Assembly: GCA_030390025.1 (NCBI GenBank)
Contig: JASTWF010000367.1
Coordinates: forward strand, 62,001-126,000
Direction: 5' to 3'
Source: Squalus acanthias
Taxonomy: Eukaryota
DNA length: 64,000 nt
The stretch's first letter is position 1; each line of letters starts with the position of its first letter. Below the pieces are notes generated by a model that saw only the letters and a program-made list of their open reading frames with translations, was not told the DNA's origin and did no database searches. A program made the translations under genes and the position numbers. Shown here piece by piece: positions 1 through 11,815 of this stretch.

Positions 1-120
1 GATGCAGTATCAGTTTTCTTGGGCTTTCCGGCATTCTATCCTCTGCCTCTACTGTAAATACTGATGCAAAGTAATTATTCAACATGTCCACCATTTCCTT
101 ATCATTGACAAGATCACTTA
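1..120 (-). mobile_element. CR1 LINE ORF2 fragment (decayed)
   Basis: Reverse complement translates to VNDKEMVDMLNNYFASVFTVE, matching the GNKEMADQLNxYFxSVFT segment of the other CR1 copies in this window. Confidence 0.8.
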
Positions 121-399
121 AGCACAGTTTAAGTGCACGTGTAGGCAATGCGAATGAAGATGATCATTGCTGTCAATCAAATCCATTGCACCCGACACGA
201 TGAAGGAATTTCAAATCATTCCCAATCAACTGGGATCATTTGTTCTGATACATCCAATATTTAGCTGGTGTTCATATCAATTGCCCATATTAATCACGCT
301 GCCAATGCTTCTTGTGTAAACTGCAAGTTATTGTTTAAAATCTGAACCTGATGCTCTGAGCCCTATTATTTTGAAGATTCACACACTGCAGCCACCTGC

Positions 400-454
400 C
401 TGTGTCTGTTTCAGTTCCGTTTGGTTTTTGATTCTGATTCGGATCCTCAGCCAT
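400..454 (-). CDS. First coding exon (exon 490-400) of a putative minus-strand NLR-like gene; MAEDPNQNQKPNGTETDT, phase 1
   Basis: Acceptor tttctgtttcag ends at 491. Kozak atcaccATGG at 454. Ends ACAG|GCAGGT (GC-type donor). Start (MAExPN), end (DT+G), phase and size match the + strand exons at 41167-41262 and 44219-44314. Confidence 0.6.
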
Positions 455-1109
455 GGTGATTTCAGTTGTTGTGAAGCTTTCCGCGAAGTCCTGAAACAGA
501 AAGTGGTTCCATGTTCAATTTGGTGAGTCGGTTAAGATAACTTAAACAGAAGGTTTCGACTGAGAACTACATGAGGATGTTGCACCATAACAAGTATGTA
601 CCTTTGCAGCTAATGTCAAAGAATACGCTCGGAGGCGGTGAATCTTGGACAGTGAGCTCAGGACATTGGTATCTTCGTGCCCTACAATGTGACAGACCCA
701 CGCTCTATGGAACAGATCACTGTTGAGCTTCAGGCACAGGGGGTGAAATTGGACATGAGCCGGGTCACAAAACATGCAGGATCGCATTTGCCGACCGTTA
801 TACGGCTCCCCTGATATTCATTTCTATTGAAGTTGATGGAACTGAATATCGCAAGGAGCGTAAAACAGCCGACCCATGCGACACCGCCTGTTATGCATCC
901 CAACCCAGAACCCATTTCACCCCACCATTTTTGTACCATCAAATGCAGATACATATTCCCTGTGCTGATCCCGAACATTGCCATAACTCCAAGCTCACAT
1001 GGACTCCACTTTCTTAGGGCAACTAGGGTGGGGCAATAAATGCTGCCTTGCCAAAGTTGCCTTCTTCCTAAGAAGCTCAACATCATCCAGAACAAAACAA
1101 TTCGCTTGA

Positions 1110-2543
1110 TTGGAAGGTAGCAAATGTAATCCCACGATTCAAGGAGGCAGAGAGAAAACAGGGAACTACAGGCCAGTGAGCCGGACATCAGTTGTCAGGA
1201 AAATGCTGGAATCCGTTAAGGAAGAGGTAATGGGGCGCTTAGAAAATCATAATAAGATTAAGTAGAGTCAACATGGTTTTATGAAAGCGAAATTGTGTTT
1301 AACAAATTTATTCAAGTTTTTTGAGGATGTAATTGGCAGGGTAGATAAAGGGCAACCAGTGGATGTACAGTAGTATATTGGGATTTCCAAAAGGCATTCG
1401 ATAAGGTGCCACATAAAAGGTTGCTATGCAAGATAAGGGCTCATGGGGTTGGGGGTAATATATTAACGAGGATTGGTTAATGGACAGAAAACAGAGTAGG
1501 GATAAACAGGTCATTTACAGGTTGGCAGGCTGTGACTAATGGGTGCCGCAAGGACCAGTGCTTTGGCCTCAGCTAGTTACAATCTATATTAATAACTTAG
1601 ATGAGGGGACCGAGTGCAATGCATCCACGTTTGCTGACGATACAAAGTTAGGTGGGAACGTAAGCTATGAGGAGGACACAGAGCCTGCAATGGGATATAG
1701 ACAGGTCAAGTGAGTGGGCAATAAGCTGGCAGATGGAGTATAATGTGAGTTTATTCAGTTTGGTAGGAAGAATAGAAAAACAGAATATTTTTTAAATGTT
1801 GAGGAACTATTAAATGTTGGTGTTCAGAGAGATTTGGGTGTCCTCGTACTGGAAACACAGAAAGCTAGCATGCAGGTACAGCAAGCAATAAGGAACGCAA
1901 ATGGCATGTTGGCCTTTATTGCAAGGGGGTTGGAGTATAAGAGTAAGAAAGTCTTACTACAATTGTACTGGGCTTTGGTGAGACCACACCTGGAGTATTG
2001 TGCACAGTTGTGGTCTCCTTATCTAAGGAAGGATATACTTGCCTTGGAGGCGGTGCAACAAAGGATTACTGGATTAATTCGCGGGATGAGAGGGCTGCCT
2101 ATGATGAGAGATTGTGTAGAATGGGCCTTTACTCTCTGGAGTTTAGAAGAATGAGAGGTGATCTCATTGAAACATACAAGATTGAGGGGATTGACAAGGT
2201 AGATGCTGAGAGGTTGTTTCCATGGCTGCAGAGTGTAGTACTAGGGGGCAGAGTCTCAGGATAAGGGGTCGGCCATTTAATACTGAGATGAGGAGGAATT
2301 TCTTCACTCAGAGGGTTGTGACTCTTTGGAATTCTCCACCCTAAAGGGCTGTGGATGCTGAGTCTTTGATTATATTCAAGGCTGAAATAGACAGATTTTT
2401 GGACTCTCAGGGAATGAAGTGATATGGAGATCGGGCGGGAAAGTGGAGTTGAGGCCGAAGATCAGCCATGAACTTATTGAAAGGCAGTGTAGGCTCAAAG
2501 GGCTGAATGGCCGACTCCTGCTCTTAATTCTTATGTTATGTTC
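1110..2543 (+). mobile_element. 5'-truncated, degenerate CR1 LINE (RT region to 3' tail)
   Basis: [18 protein letters not shown] and LVRPHLEYC motifs across broken frames; 3' UTR gatcagccatg...gaatggcc...ctcctgctc followed by a ttatg tail. Confidence 0.92.
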
Positions 2544-2774
2544 CCATCCACCAACTTAAACATTCACTCCCTCCACCACCGGCGCACCGTGTCTGCAGTG
2601 CACCCCATCTACAAGATGCACTGCAGCAACTCACCAAGGCTTCTCCGGCAGCACCTCCTAAACCCACGACCTCCACCAGATAAAGGACATGGGCAGCGGG
2701 TAAATGGGATCACCATCACCTCAAACTTCCCCTCCAAGTCACACACCATCCTATCTTGGAGATATATCACTGTT
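2544..2774 (+). mobile_element. Fragment of a second non-LTR family (continues at 5090-5115)
   Basis: Closely similar to 15935-16160 and 35775-36000 (cattcactccctccaccaccggcg...caagtcacac). Confidence 0.85.
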
Positions 2775-5089
2775 GGGTCAGAGCGATCACAACATGATCG
2801 ATTTCTCACTCGAAATGGAGAGCGAAGAAATTGACTCAGAGACTAAGGTGCTGAATTTAAACAAGGGGAATTATGATGCCATTAGACGGGAACTGAGTAG
2901 GTCTGATTGGACAACGTTCCTGGGAGGACTGGAGGTAGATAAACAATGGCAAGCATTTAAAGATAAAATGACAAAATTGCAAAAATTGTTTATACCAATC
3001 TGGCATAAAAGGAAATCTAAAAAGGTGACTCAACCGTGGATAACAGGGGAAATTAGAGACAGCATAAAATCCAAAGATAGGGCGTATAAAATAGCCAAAA
3101 AAAGCGCCAGAGCGGAAGATTGGGAACAGTTTAAGATAGAGCAAAGGAGGACAAAGGGCTTAATCAAGAGGGGCAAAATAGCTTACGAAAGCAAGCTGGC
3201 GGAAAATATAAAAACTAACTCCAAAAGCTTTTATAAGTATATCAAGAGGAAAAGACTGGTGAAAACCAAAGTTGGTCCATTGCAGTCAGATACGGGGGAA
3301 TATATACCGGGAAATAAGGAAATGGCAGACCAACTAAATGCATACTTTGGGTCAGTCTTTACGAAGGAAGACACAAAAAACCTCCCTGGGATATCGGGAA
3401 AAATAGGGACATTGGCAAAGGAGGAACTGACGCAAATCAATATCTCTAAGGATATGGTGTTAAGGAAGCTAAAGGGATTAAGGCAGACGTATCCCCAGGG
3501 CCTGATAACATGCATCCTAGGGTACTGAAGGAGGTGGCCCTAGAGATAGCGGATGCACTAAGTATGATTTTTCAAAATTCATTAGACTCGGGAACCGTGC
3601 CCATGGATTGGAGGGTAGCTAACGTTACCCCACTATTCAAAAAGGGGGGTAGGGAAAAAGCAGGTAATTACAGACCTGTAAGCCTTACATCAGTTGTGGG
3701 CAAAATGCTGGAGTCCATCATTAAGGATGAAATAGCGGAGCACTTAGCAAATGGGGACAGGATAGGACAGAGTCAACATGGATTTACAAAGGGTAAATCG
3801 TGCTTGACTAATCTATTGGAATTTTTTGAGGGAGTAAATTGTAAAATAGATGGGGGAGAGCCAGTAGATGTGGTGTACCTGGACTTCCAAAAGGCCTTCG
3901 ATAAGGTCCCACATAAAAGATTAGCACGGAAAATTGAAGCTCATGGGATAAAGGGGAAAGTATTGACGTGGATAGAGAACTGGCTGTCAGATAGAAAACA
4001 GAGAGTTGGAATAAACGGCTCATTTTCTGAATGGCAGGCAGTAACAAGTGAGGTACCACAGGGATCTGTCCTGGGACCCAGCTGTTCACAATTTACATTA
4101 ATGACCTGGATCAGGGAGTCGGATGCAGCATTTCCAAATTTGCAGACGACACTAAACTAGGAGGGGGGGTGGGCTCAGAGGAGGAGACCAGGAAGCTCCA
4201 GAGCGATTTGGACAGACTGGGTGATTGGGCGGATAAATGGCAGATGCACTATAATGTGGACAAGTGCGAAGTTATCCACCTTGGGTGCAGGAACGGGAGG
4301 GCAAATTAATATTTAAATGCCAATAAATTGGGAGAGGGGGAAGTACAGAGAGACCTGGGTGTTCTTGTACACCAGTCACTGAAGGCGAGCATGCAGGTGC
4401 AACAGGCGGTCAAGAAGGCAAACGGTATGCTGGCCTTCATAGCAAAAGGGTTGGAATACAGGAACAGGGATACCTTGCTGCAGCTGTACAGGGCACTGGT
4501 GAGACCACACCTCGAGTACTGTGTACAGTTTTGGTCGCCTCATCTGAGGAAAGATGTTCTTGCCATGGAGGGGTTGCAGCGGCGATTCACCAGGCTGATA
4601 CCAGGAATGGCGGGATTGACCTATGAGGAGAGACTATGTAGTTTAGGGATGTACACACTGGAGTTTAGAAGATTGAGAGGGGACCTCATAGAAGTGTATA
4701 CAATTCTGACAGGTCTAGACAGACTAGATGCAGAAGGAATGTTTCCCTTGGCGGGTGAGAAGAGAACTAGAGGACATAATTTAAGGATAAGGGCTAAACC
4801 ATTTAGGACAGAAATGAGGGGGAATTTCTTCACTCAGAGGGTGGTGAACCTGTGGAACTCATTGCCACAGAGGGCAGTGTACGCCAGCTCATTAAATATA
4901 TTTAAGAGGGAATTAGATATATTTCTACAGGTAAAAGGGGTTAAGGGTTACGGAGAGAAGGCGGGGACGGGATACTGAATTGGAGGATCAGCCATGATCT
5001 CATTAAATGGCGGAGCAGGCTCGAAGGGCCGGATGGCCTACTCCTGCTCCTATCTTCTATGTATCTATATGTATCTATGTATCTATGTT
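2775..5089 (+). mobile_element. 5'-truncated CR1 LINE, ORF2 broken by frameshifts and a stop
   Basis: Starts at GQSDHNMI (end of APE domain). RT motifs in ORFs 3510-4160 and 4328-4978. Ends in a (tatgtatc)n tail. Confidence 0.95.
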
Positions 5090-5109
5090 CCATCTGCGTC
5101 ACTGGGTCA

Positions 5110-5358
5110 AAATCCACACAGAGGAAGACGGCTCCAGGTAGCAACCGCTCCCTGACTGAGCTGCAAAGAACGAGTAAAGATTTGTGCCATTACTGGGAGG
5201 GAGTAAATCTCCAGACTTCGTGCTCCCTGTTGCTGAACCCTCTTATACAATGTTTGCTGCAGAAGGATTGTGGAGAAGAGGACCGGGCTGAGCTGTGACT
5301 CCCCAGTGTTATATAGACTGCCCTCGGTCACTGAGCACACGCTTAGAGAATGGCACCA

Positions 5359-5360
<2 letters not shown>
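5110..5360 (+). repeat. Old dispersed SINE-like repeat, paralogous to 8905-9115
   Basis: Shares colinear blocks with 8905-9115, e.g. ctgccct-ggtcactg...gagaatggc. Family not identified. Confidence 0.5.

Positions 5361-5361
<1 letters not shown>

Positions 5362-5408
<47 letters not shown>
5362..5408. repeat. (GA)n microsatellite
   Basis: Directly visible. Confidence 0.97.
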
Positions 5409-5494
5409 TGACCGACCACAGGGCAACATATCCCACATGTAAAATCGGCATTAAATCTGAAAAACCAGGGGACAAAGTGCAGATGGACACAAAC

Positions 5495-5974
5495 CTGCAG
5501 TTGTATCGGGTATTGGTGAGACCGCACCTGGAGTACTGCATACAGTTTTGGTGTCCATACTTAAGAAAAGACATACTTGCTCTCGAGGCAGTACAAAGAA
5601 GGTTCACTCGGTTAATTCCGGGGATGAGGGGGTCGACATACGAGGAGAGGTTGAGTAGATTGGGACACTACTCATTGGAATTCAGAAGAATGAGAGGCGA
5701 TCTTATTGAAACATATAAGATTGTGAAGGAGCTTGATCTGGTGAACGCGGTGAGGATGTTCCCAATGATGGGTGAAACTAGAACTAGGGGACATAATCTT
5801 AGAATAAGGGGCTGCTCTTTCAAAACTGTGATGAGGAGAAACTTTTTCACTCAGAGGGTAGTGGGTCTGTGGAATTTGATACCCCAGGAAGCTGTGGAAG
5901 CTACTTCATTAAATAAATTTAAAACAGAAATAGACCGTTTCCTAGAAGTAAAGGGAATTAGGGGTTATGGGGAG
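5495..5974 (+). mobile_element. CR1 ORF2 C-terminal fragment lacking its 3' tail
   Basis: LQLYRVLVRPHLEYC...RRMRGDLIETYK...KGIRGYGE, then an abrupt switch to unrelated sequence. Confidence 0.9.
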
Positions 5975-6087
5975 CTATATAAATTGCTGTTGTTGTTGTA
6001 CTATAATTTGGTCCGCAGCAGGTTGGTCCCGCCTGTGAGCATTTCAAATATTAAACCGACCCCAAATGATGCGGTGAGTGAACACAC
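5974..6087 (+). repeat. 114-bp direct repeat, copy 1 (copy 2 at 8770-8883)
   Basis: The two copies differ at 2 positions by eye. Confidence 0.93.
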
Positions 6088-7715
6088 ACCTCCTCCCAAC
6101 CCTCTGCCCATCACCATCCCAACCCTCCGCCCACACCTCCTCCCGACCCTCCGCCCACACCTCCTCCCGAACCTCCTCCCGACCCTCCTCCCACACCTCC
6201 TCCCGACCCTCCGCGCACACCTCCTCCCGACCCTCCGCCCACACCTCCTCCCGACCCTCCGCCCACACCTCCTCCCGACCCTCCGCCCACACCTCCTCTC
6301 GACCCTCCTCCCGACCCTCCTCCCACACCTCCTCCCGACCCTCCGCCCACACCTCCTCCCGACCCTCCGCCCACACCTCCTCCCGACCCTCCGCCCACAC
6401 CTCCTCCCGACCCTCCTCCCAACTCTCCTCCCAACCCTCCTCCCACACCTCCTCCCAACCCTCCTCCCACACCTCCTCCCGACCCTCCTCCCGACCCTCC
6501 TCCCACACCTCCTCCCAACCCTCTGCCCGCACCTCCTCATGACCCTCCTCCCGACCCTCCTCCCGACCCTCCTCCCGACCCTCCGCCCGCACCTCCTCCC
6601 ACACCTCCTCCCAACCCTCTGCCCGCACCTGCTCAGGACCCTCCTCCCGACCCTCCTCCCGACCCTCCTCCCGACCCTCCTCCCAACCCTCTGCCCGCAC
6701 CTCCTCTTGACCCTCCTCCCGCACCTCCTCCCAACCCTCCGCCCAACCCTCCGCCCGCACCTCCTCCCACACCTCCTCCCGACCAACCCTCCGCCCGCAC
6801 CTCCTCCCAACCCTCCGCCCAACCCTCCGCCCGCACCTCCTCCCACACCTCCTCCCGACCAACCCTCCGCCCACAACTCCTCCCGACCCTCCGCCCGACC
6901 CTCCTCCCGTCCCTCCTCCCGACCCTCCGCCCAACCCTCCGCCCACACCTCCTCCCGACCCTCCTCCCGACCCCCCTCCCGAACCCTCCTCCCGAACCCT
7001 GCTCCCGAACCCTCCTCCCGACCCTCCGCTCGACCCTCTGCCCGACCCTCCTCCCGCACCTCCTCCCGCACCTCCTCCCACATCTCCTCCCACACCTCCT
7101 CCCGACCCTCCTCCCGACCCTCCTCCCGACCCTCCTCCCGACCCTCCTCCCGAACCTCCTCCCGAACCCTCCTCCCGACCCTCCTCCCGACCCTCCTCCC
7201 GACCCTCCTCCCGACCTTCCGCCAGGACCCTCCTCCCGACCCTCCTCCTGACTCTCCTCCCGCACCTCCTCCAACCCTCCTCCCGACCCTCCTCCCGACC
7301 CTCCTCCCGACCCCCCTCCCGACCCTCCGCCCGCACCTCCTCCCGACCCTCCTCCCGACCCTCCTCCCGACCCTCCTCCCGACCCTCCTCCCGACACTCC
7401 GCCCACTCCTCCACCCGACCCTCCTCCCGACCCTCCGCCCGACCCTCCTCCCGACCCTCCTCCCGACCCTCCGCCCACAACTCCTCCCACACCTCCTCCC
7501 GACCCTCCTCCCGACCCTCCTCCCGACCCTCCGCCCATCACCCTCCTCCCCACCCTCCTCCCGTCCCTCCTCCCGACCTTCCTCCCGACCCTCCGCCCAT
7601 CACCCTCCTCCCGATCCTCCTCCCGACCCTCCACCCATCACCCTCCTCCCGACCCTCCTCCCGACCCTCCTCCCGACCCTCCTCCCGACCCTCCGCCCGA
7701 CCCTCCTCCCGCCAC
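6088..7715. repeat. C-rich 12-bp minisatellite (ccgaccctcctc / ccacacctcctc variants)
   Basis: Directly visible; produces the PTLL/PHLL pseudo-ORFs. Confidence 0.95.
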
Positions 7716-7844
7716 CCTCCCAGGCACCGTCACCCTTCCACCGCTCCCCATTCCCTATCCCTTCTTCTGTGCCCTGCAATCCCCCTCACCTGCTTCCCGA
7801 CCTCTCACTGGCCCTTCCTCTCCCCCTCTCTACACAACCTCCTC

Positions 7845-8368
7845 TCCCTATCACACCCCGTCCTGTCCCATCCCCCCTATCACACCCAGTCCTGTCCCAT
7901 CCCCCCTATCACACCCCGTCCTGTCCCATCCCCCCAACACACCCCGTCCTGTCCCATCCCCCCTATCACACCCCGTCCTGTCCCATCCCCCCATCACACC
8001 TCGGCCTGTCCCATCCCCCCTATCACACCCCGTCCTGTCCCAGCCCCCCTATCACACCCCGTCCCGTCCCATGCCCCCTACCACACTCCGTCCCGTGCCA
8101 TCCCCGCTATCACACCCCGTCCTGTCCCATCCCCCCTATCACACCCCGTCCCGTCCCATCCCCCCAATCACACCCCGTCCCGTCCCATCCCCCCTATCAC
8201 ACCCCGTCCTGTCCCATCTCCCCTATCACACCCCGTCCCGTCCCATCCCCCCTATCACACCCCGTCCTGTCCCATCCCCCCCATCGCACCCCGTCCTGTC
8301 CCATCCCCCCCATCGCACCCCGTCCTGTCCCATCCCCCCTATCACACCCCGTCCTTTCCCATCCCCCG
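7845..8368. repeat. 29-bp C-rich minisatellite (tcacaccccgtcctgtcccatccccccta)
   Basis: About 18 tandem copies visible. Confidence 0.93.
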
Positions 8369-8795
8369 AGATCTGCACTCCTCTAATTCTGGACTCTGGA
8401 GCATCCCCGATTTTAATCACTCCACCATTGGTGGCCGTGCCTTCAGCTGCCTCGGCCCTAAGCTGAGAAATTCCTTCCCTGAACCTTTCCTCCTTTAAGA
8501 CACTCCTTAAAAACCTCTTTGACTAAGCTTTCGATCATCTGCTCCAATATCTCCTTTGGTAGCTCGGTGTCCTATTTTGTATTATACTGCTCCTGTGAAG
8601 CTCTTTGGGACGATTTAGGCAGAAGGAGGTGGTGAGAGGAAGGGAGACGGTGATGGAAGAGAGAAATGGCATAAAACGGAGAGGAGGGAAGAATAAATGT
8701 GGGAAGTGAGAGTGACTGAAGGGCTGAGAGCATGGTGAGGTGACCATGGAGGGAGGGGTTATTAAAGGCGCTATATAAATTGCTGTTGTTGTTGT
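8369..8795 (+). mobile_element. L2-type LINE 3' end, interrupted by a purine-rich insert (~8617-8760)
   Basis: Similar to 12890-12965; ends taaaggcgctatataaat...(ttg)n, a tail also seen on the minus strand at 42460 and 45070. Confidence 0.7.
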
Positions 8796-8883
8796 ACTAT
8801 AATTTGGTCCGGAGCAGGTTGGTCCCGCCTGTGAGCATTTCAAATATAAAACCGACCCCAAATGATGCGGTGAGTGAACACAC
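8770..8883 (+). repeat. 114-bp direct repeat, copy 2
   Basis: Matches 5974-6087. Confidence 0.93.
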
Positions 8884-8904
8884 TGCCAGTTATTGTTCAA
8901 AAAC

Positions 8905-9115
8905 AAATCCCGAGAGAGGAGGAAGGCTTCAGGGAGACACCGCGGTCTGTCTCAGCTGCCGAGGATGGGGTAACACTCTGATTAATCTCACTCCATCCCT
9001 CTGAAGATTGAGAAGGGCGGTGCAGAACAGGAGCGGGCTGGTCCCCGGGATCCTCGCTGTTAAACAGAGCCTCTGCCCTGGGTCACTGTCCGAGCGCTCA
9101 CTGAGAGAATGGCTA
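8905..9115 (+). repeat. Old dispersed SINE-like repeat, paralogous to 5110-5360
   Basis: Colinear similarity to 5110-5360. Confidence 0.5.
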
Positions 9116-9151
9116 GAGCCGCGGGGAGAGGGCCCGGGGAACATCATCTCC

Positions 9152-11644
9152 CCGGGAGACACCGGCTTTAAACAGGGAGATTAAAGTTAGACACAGGACA
9201 CAGGCTGCACCGGGAGACACCGGCTTTAAACAGGGAGATTAAAGTTAGACACTGGACACAGGCTGCACCGGGAGACACCGGCTTTAAACAGGGAGATTAA
9301 AGTTAGAGCCTGGACACAGGCTGCACCGGGAGACACCGGCTTTAAACAGGGAGATTAAAGTTAGACACTGGACACAGGCTGCACCAGGAGACACCGGCTT
9401 TAAACAGGGAGATTAAAATTAGACCCTGGACACAGGCTGCACCGGGAGACACCGGCTTTAAACAGGGAGATTAAAGTTAGACACTGGACACAGGCTGCAC
9501 CGGGAGACACCGGCTTTAAACAGGGAGATTAAAGTTAGACCCTGGACACAGGCTGCACCGGGAGACACCGGCTTTAAACAGGGAGATTAAAGTTAGACCC
9601 TGGACACAGGCTGCACCGGGAGACACCGGCTTTAAACAGGGAGATTAAAGTTAGACCCTGGACACAGGCTGCACCGGGAGACACGGGCTTTAAACAGGGA
9701 GATTAAAGTTAGACACTGGACACAGGCTGCACCGGGAGACACCGGCTTTAAACAGGGAGATTAAAGTTAGACCCTGGACACAGGCTGCACCGGGAGACAC
9801 CGGCTTTAAACAGGGAGATTAAAGTTAGACACTGGACACAGGCTGCACCGGGAGACATCGGCTTTAAACAGGGAGATTAAAGTTAGACCCTGGACACAGG
9901 CTGCACCGGGAGACACCGGCTTTAAACAGGGAGATTAAAGTTAGACACTGGACACAGGCTGCACCGGGAGAGACCGGCTTTAAACAGGGAGATTAAAGTT
10001 AGACCCTGGACACAGGCTGCACCGGGAGACACCGGCTTTAAACAGGGAGATTAAAGTTAGACACTGGACACAGGCTGCACCGGGAGACACCGGCTTTAAA
10101 CAGGGAGATTAAAGTTAGACACTGGACACAGGCTGCACCGGGAGACACCGGCTTTGAACAGGGAGATTAAAGTTAGACACTGGACACAGGCTGCACCGGG
10201 AGACACCGGCTTTAATCAGGGAGATTAAAGTTAGACCCTGGACACAGGCTGCACCGGGAGACACCGGCTTTAAACAGGGAGATTAAAGTTAGACACTGGA
10301 CACAGGCTGCACCGGGAGACACGGGCTTTAAACAGGGAGATTAAAGTTAGACACTGGACACAGGCTGCACCGGGAGACACCGGCTTTAAACAGGGAGATT
10401 AAAGTTAGACCCTGGACACAGGCTGCACCGGGAGACACCGGCTTTAAACAGGGAGATTAAAGTTAGACACTGGACACAGGCTGCACCGGGAGACATCGGC
10501 TTTAAACAGGGAGATTAAAGTTAGACCCTGGACACAGGCTGCACCGGGAGACACCGGCTTTAAACAGGGAGATTAAAGTTAGACACTGGACACAGGCTGC
10601 ACCGGGAGCACCGGCTTTAAACAGGGAGATTAAAGTTAGACCCTGGACACAGGCTGCACCGGGAGACACCGGCTTTAAACAGGGAGATTAAAGTTAGACA
10701 CTGGACACAGGCTGCACCGGGAGACACCGGCTTTAAACAGGGAGATTAAAGTTAGACACTGGACACAGGCTGCACCGGGAGACACCGGCTTTAAACAGGG
10801 AGAGTAAAGTTAGACACTGGACACAGGCTGCACCGGGAGACACCGGCTTTAAACAGGGAGATTAAAGTTAGACCCTGGACACAGGCTGCACCGGGAGACA
10901 CCGGCTTTAAACAGGGAGAGTAAAGTTAGACACTGGACACAGGCTGCACCGGGAGACACCGGCTTTAAACAGGGAGATTAAAGTTAGACCCTGGACACAG
11001 GCTGCACCGGGAGACACCGGCTTTAAACAGGGAGATTAAAGTTAGACACTGGACACAGGCTGCACCGGGAGACACCGGCTTTAAACAGGGAGATTAAAGT
11101 TAGACCCTGGACACAGGCTGCACCGGGAGACACCGGCTTTAAACAGGGAGATTAAAGTTAGACACTGGACACAGGCTGCACCGGGAGACACCGGCTTTAA
11201 ACAGGGAGATTAAAGTTAGACCCTGGACACAGGCTGCACCGGGAGACACCGGCTTTAAACAGGGAGATTAAAGTTAGACACTGGACACAGGCTGCACCGG
11301 GAGACACCGGCTTTAAACAGGGAGATTAAAGTTAGACCCTGGACACAGGCTGCACCGGGAGACACCGGCTTTAAACAGGGAGATTAAAGTTAGACACTGG
11401 ACACAGGCTGCACCGGGAGAGACCGGCTTTAAACAGGGAGATTAAAGTTAGACACTGGACACAGCGTGCACCGGGAGACATCGGCTTTAAACAGGGAGAT
11501 TAAAGTTAGACACTGGACACAGGCTGCACCGGGAGACACCGGCTTTAAACAGGGAGATTAAAGTTAGACCCTGGACACAGGCTGCACCGGGAGACACCGG
11601 CTTTAAACAGGCAGATTAAAGTTAGACACTAGACACAGGCTGCA
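9152..11644. repeat. 58-bp minisatellite, ~43 near-identical copies
   Basis: Unit ccgggagacaccggctttaaacagggagattaaagttagac(a/c)ctggacacaggctgca; no spacers. Confidence 0.98.
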
Positions 11645-11655
11645 AACTACATGAA

Positions 11656-11815
11656 CCTTACCTGGACCCGCAGATTCTCCCTTTCCGTGTGCAGCCTGCC
11701 AGTTCTGTCTTTGTAAACTCATTGCCACCAATCAGGAGGCTGTTCCTGCTTTTCTTCCACCCAATCACAGTTTGGTAATTGGAGCTGATCCTTGTTGTTG
11801 GAGATTTGAGCCAAT
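11656..11815 (-). promoter_or_regulatory. Candidate CCAAT-box promoter and non-coding first exon ending at 11662
   Basis: CCAAT at 11728, 11761 and 11811 (first two 33 bp apart); minus-strand donor CAG|GTAAGG with the intron starting at 11661. Confidence 0.45.

Noticed and set aside
120..1010. MITE-like remnants at ~120-350 and ~740-1000
   Set aside because: No paired TIRs or target duplication could be defined by eye.
6021..6073. Possible + strand mini-exon in the 114-bp duplicate
   Set aside because: Good donor (GCG|GTGAGT) but no pyrimidine tract at the acceptor and no recognisable peptide.
5270..8386. 1038-aa ORF
   Set aside because: Chance read-through of a (GA)n tract, a CR1 fragment and stop-free C-rich minisatellites; several overlapping frames are equally open.
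8929..9162. Possible C/D snoRNA (ATGATG...CTGA) or 77-aa ORF on the minus strand
   Set aside because: Box C is imperfect and not retained in the paralog at 5110-5360; no conserved frame.
9152..11644. CRISPR-like regular array
   Set aside because: Units are contiguous with no unique spacers, there are no cas genes, and the context is vertebrate. The same applies to the 78-, 80- and 40-bp arrays.
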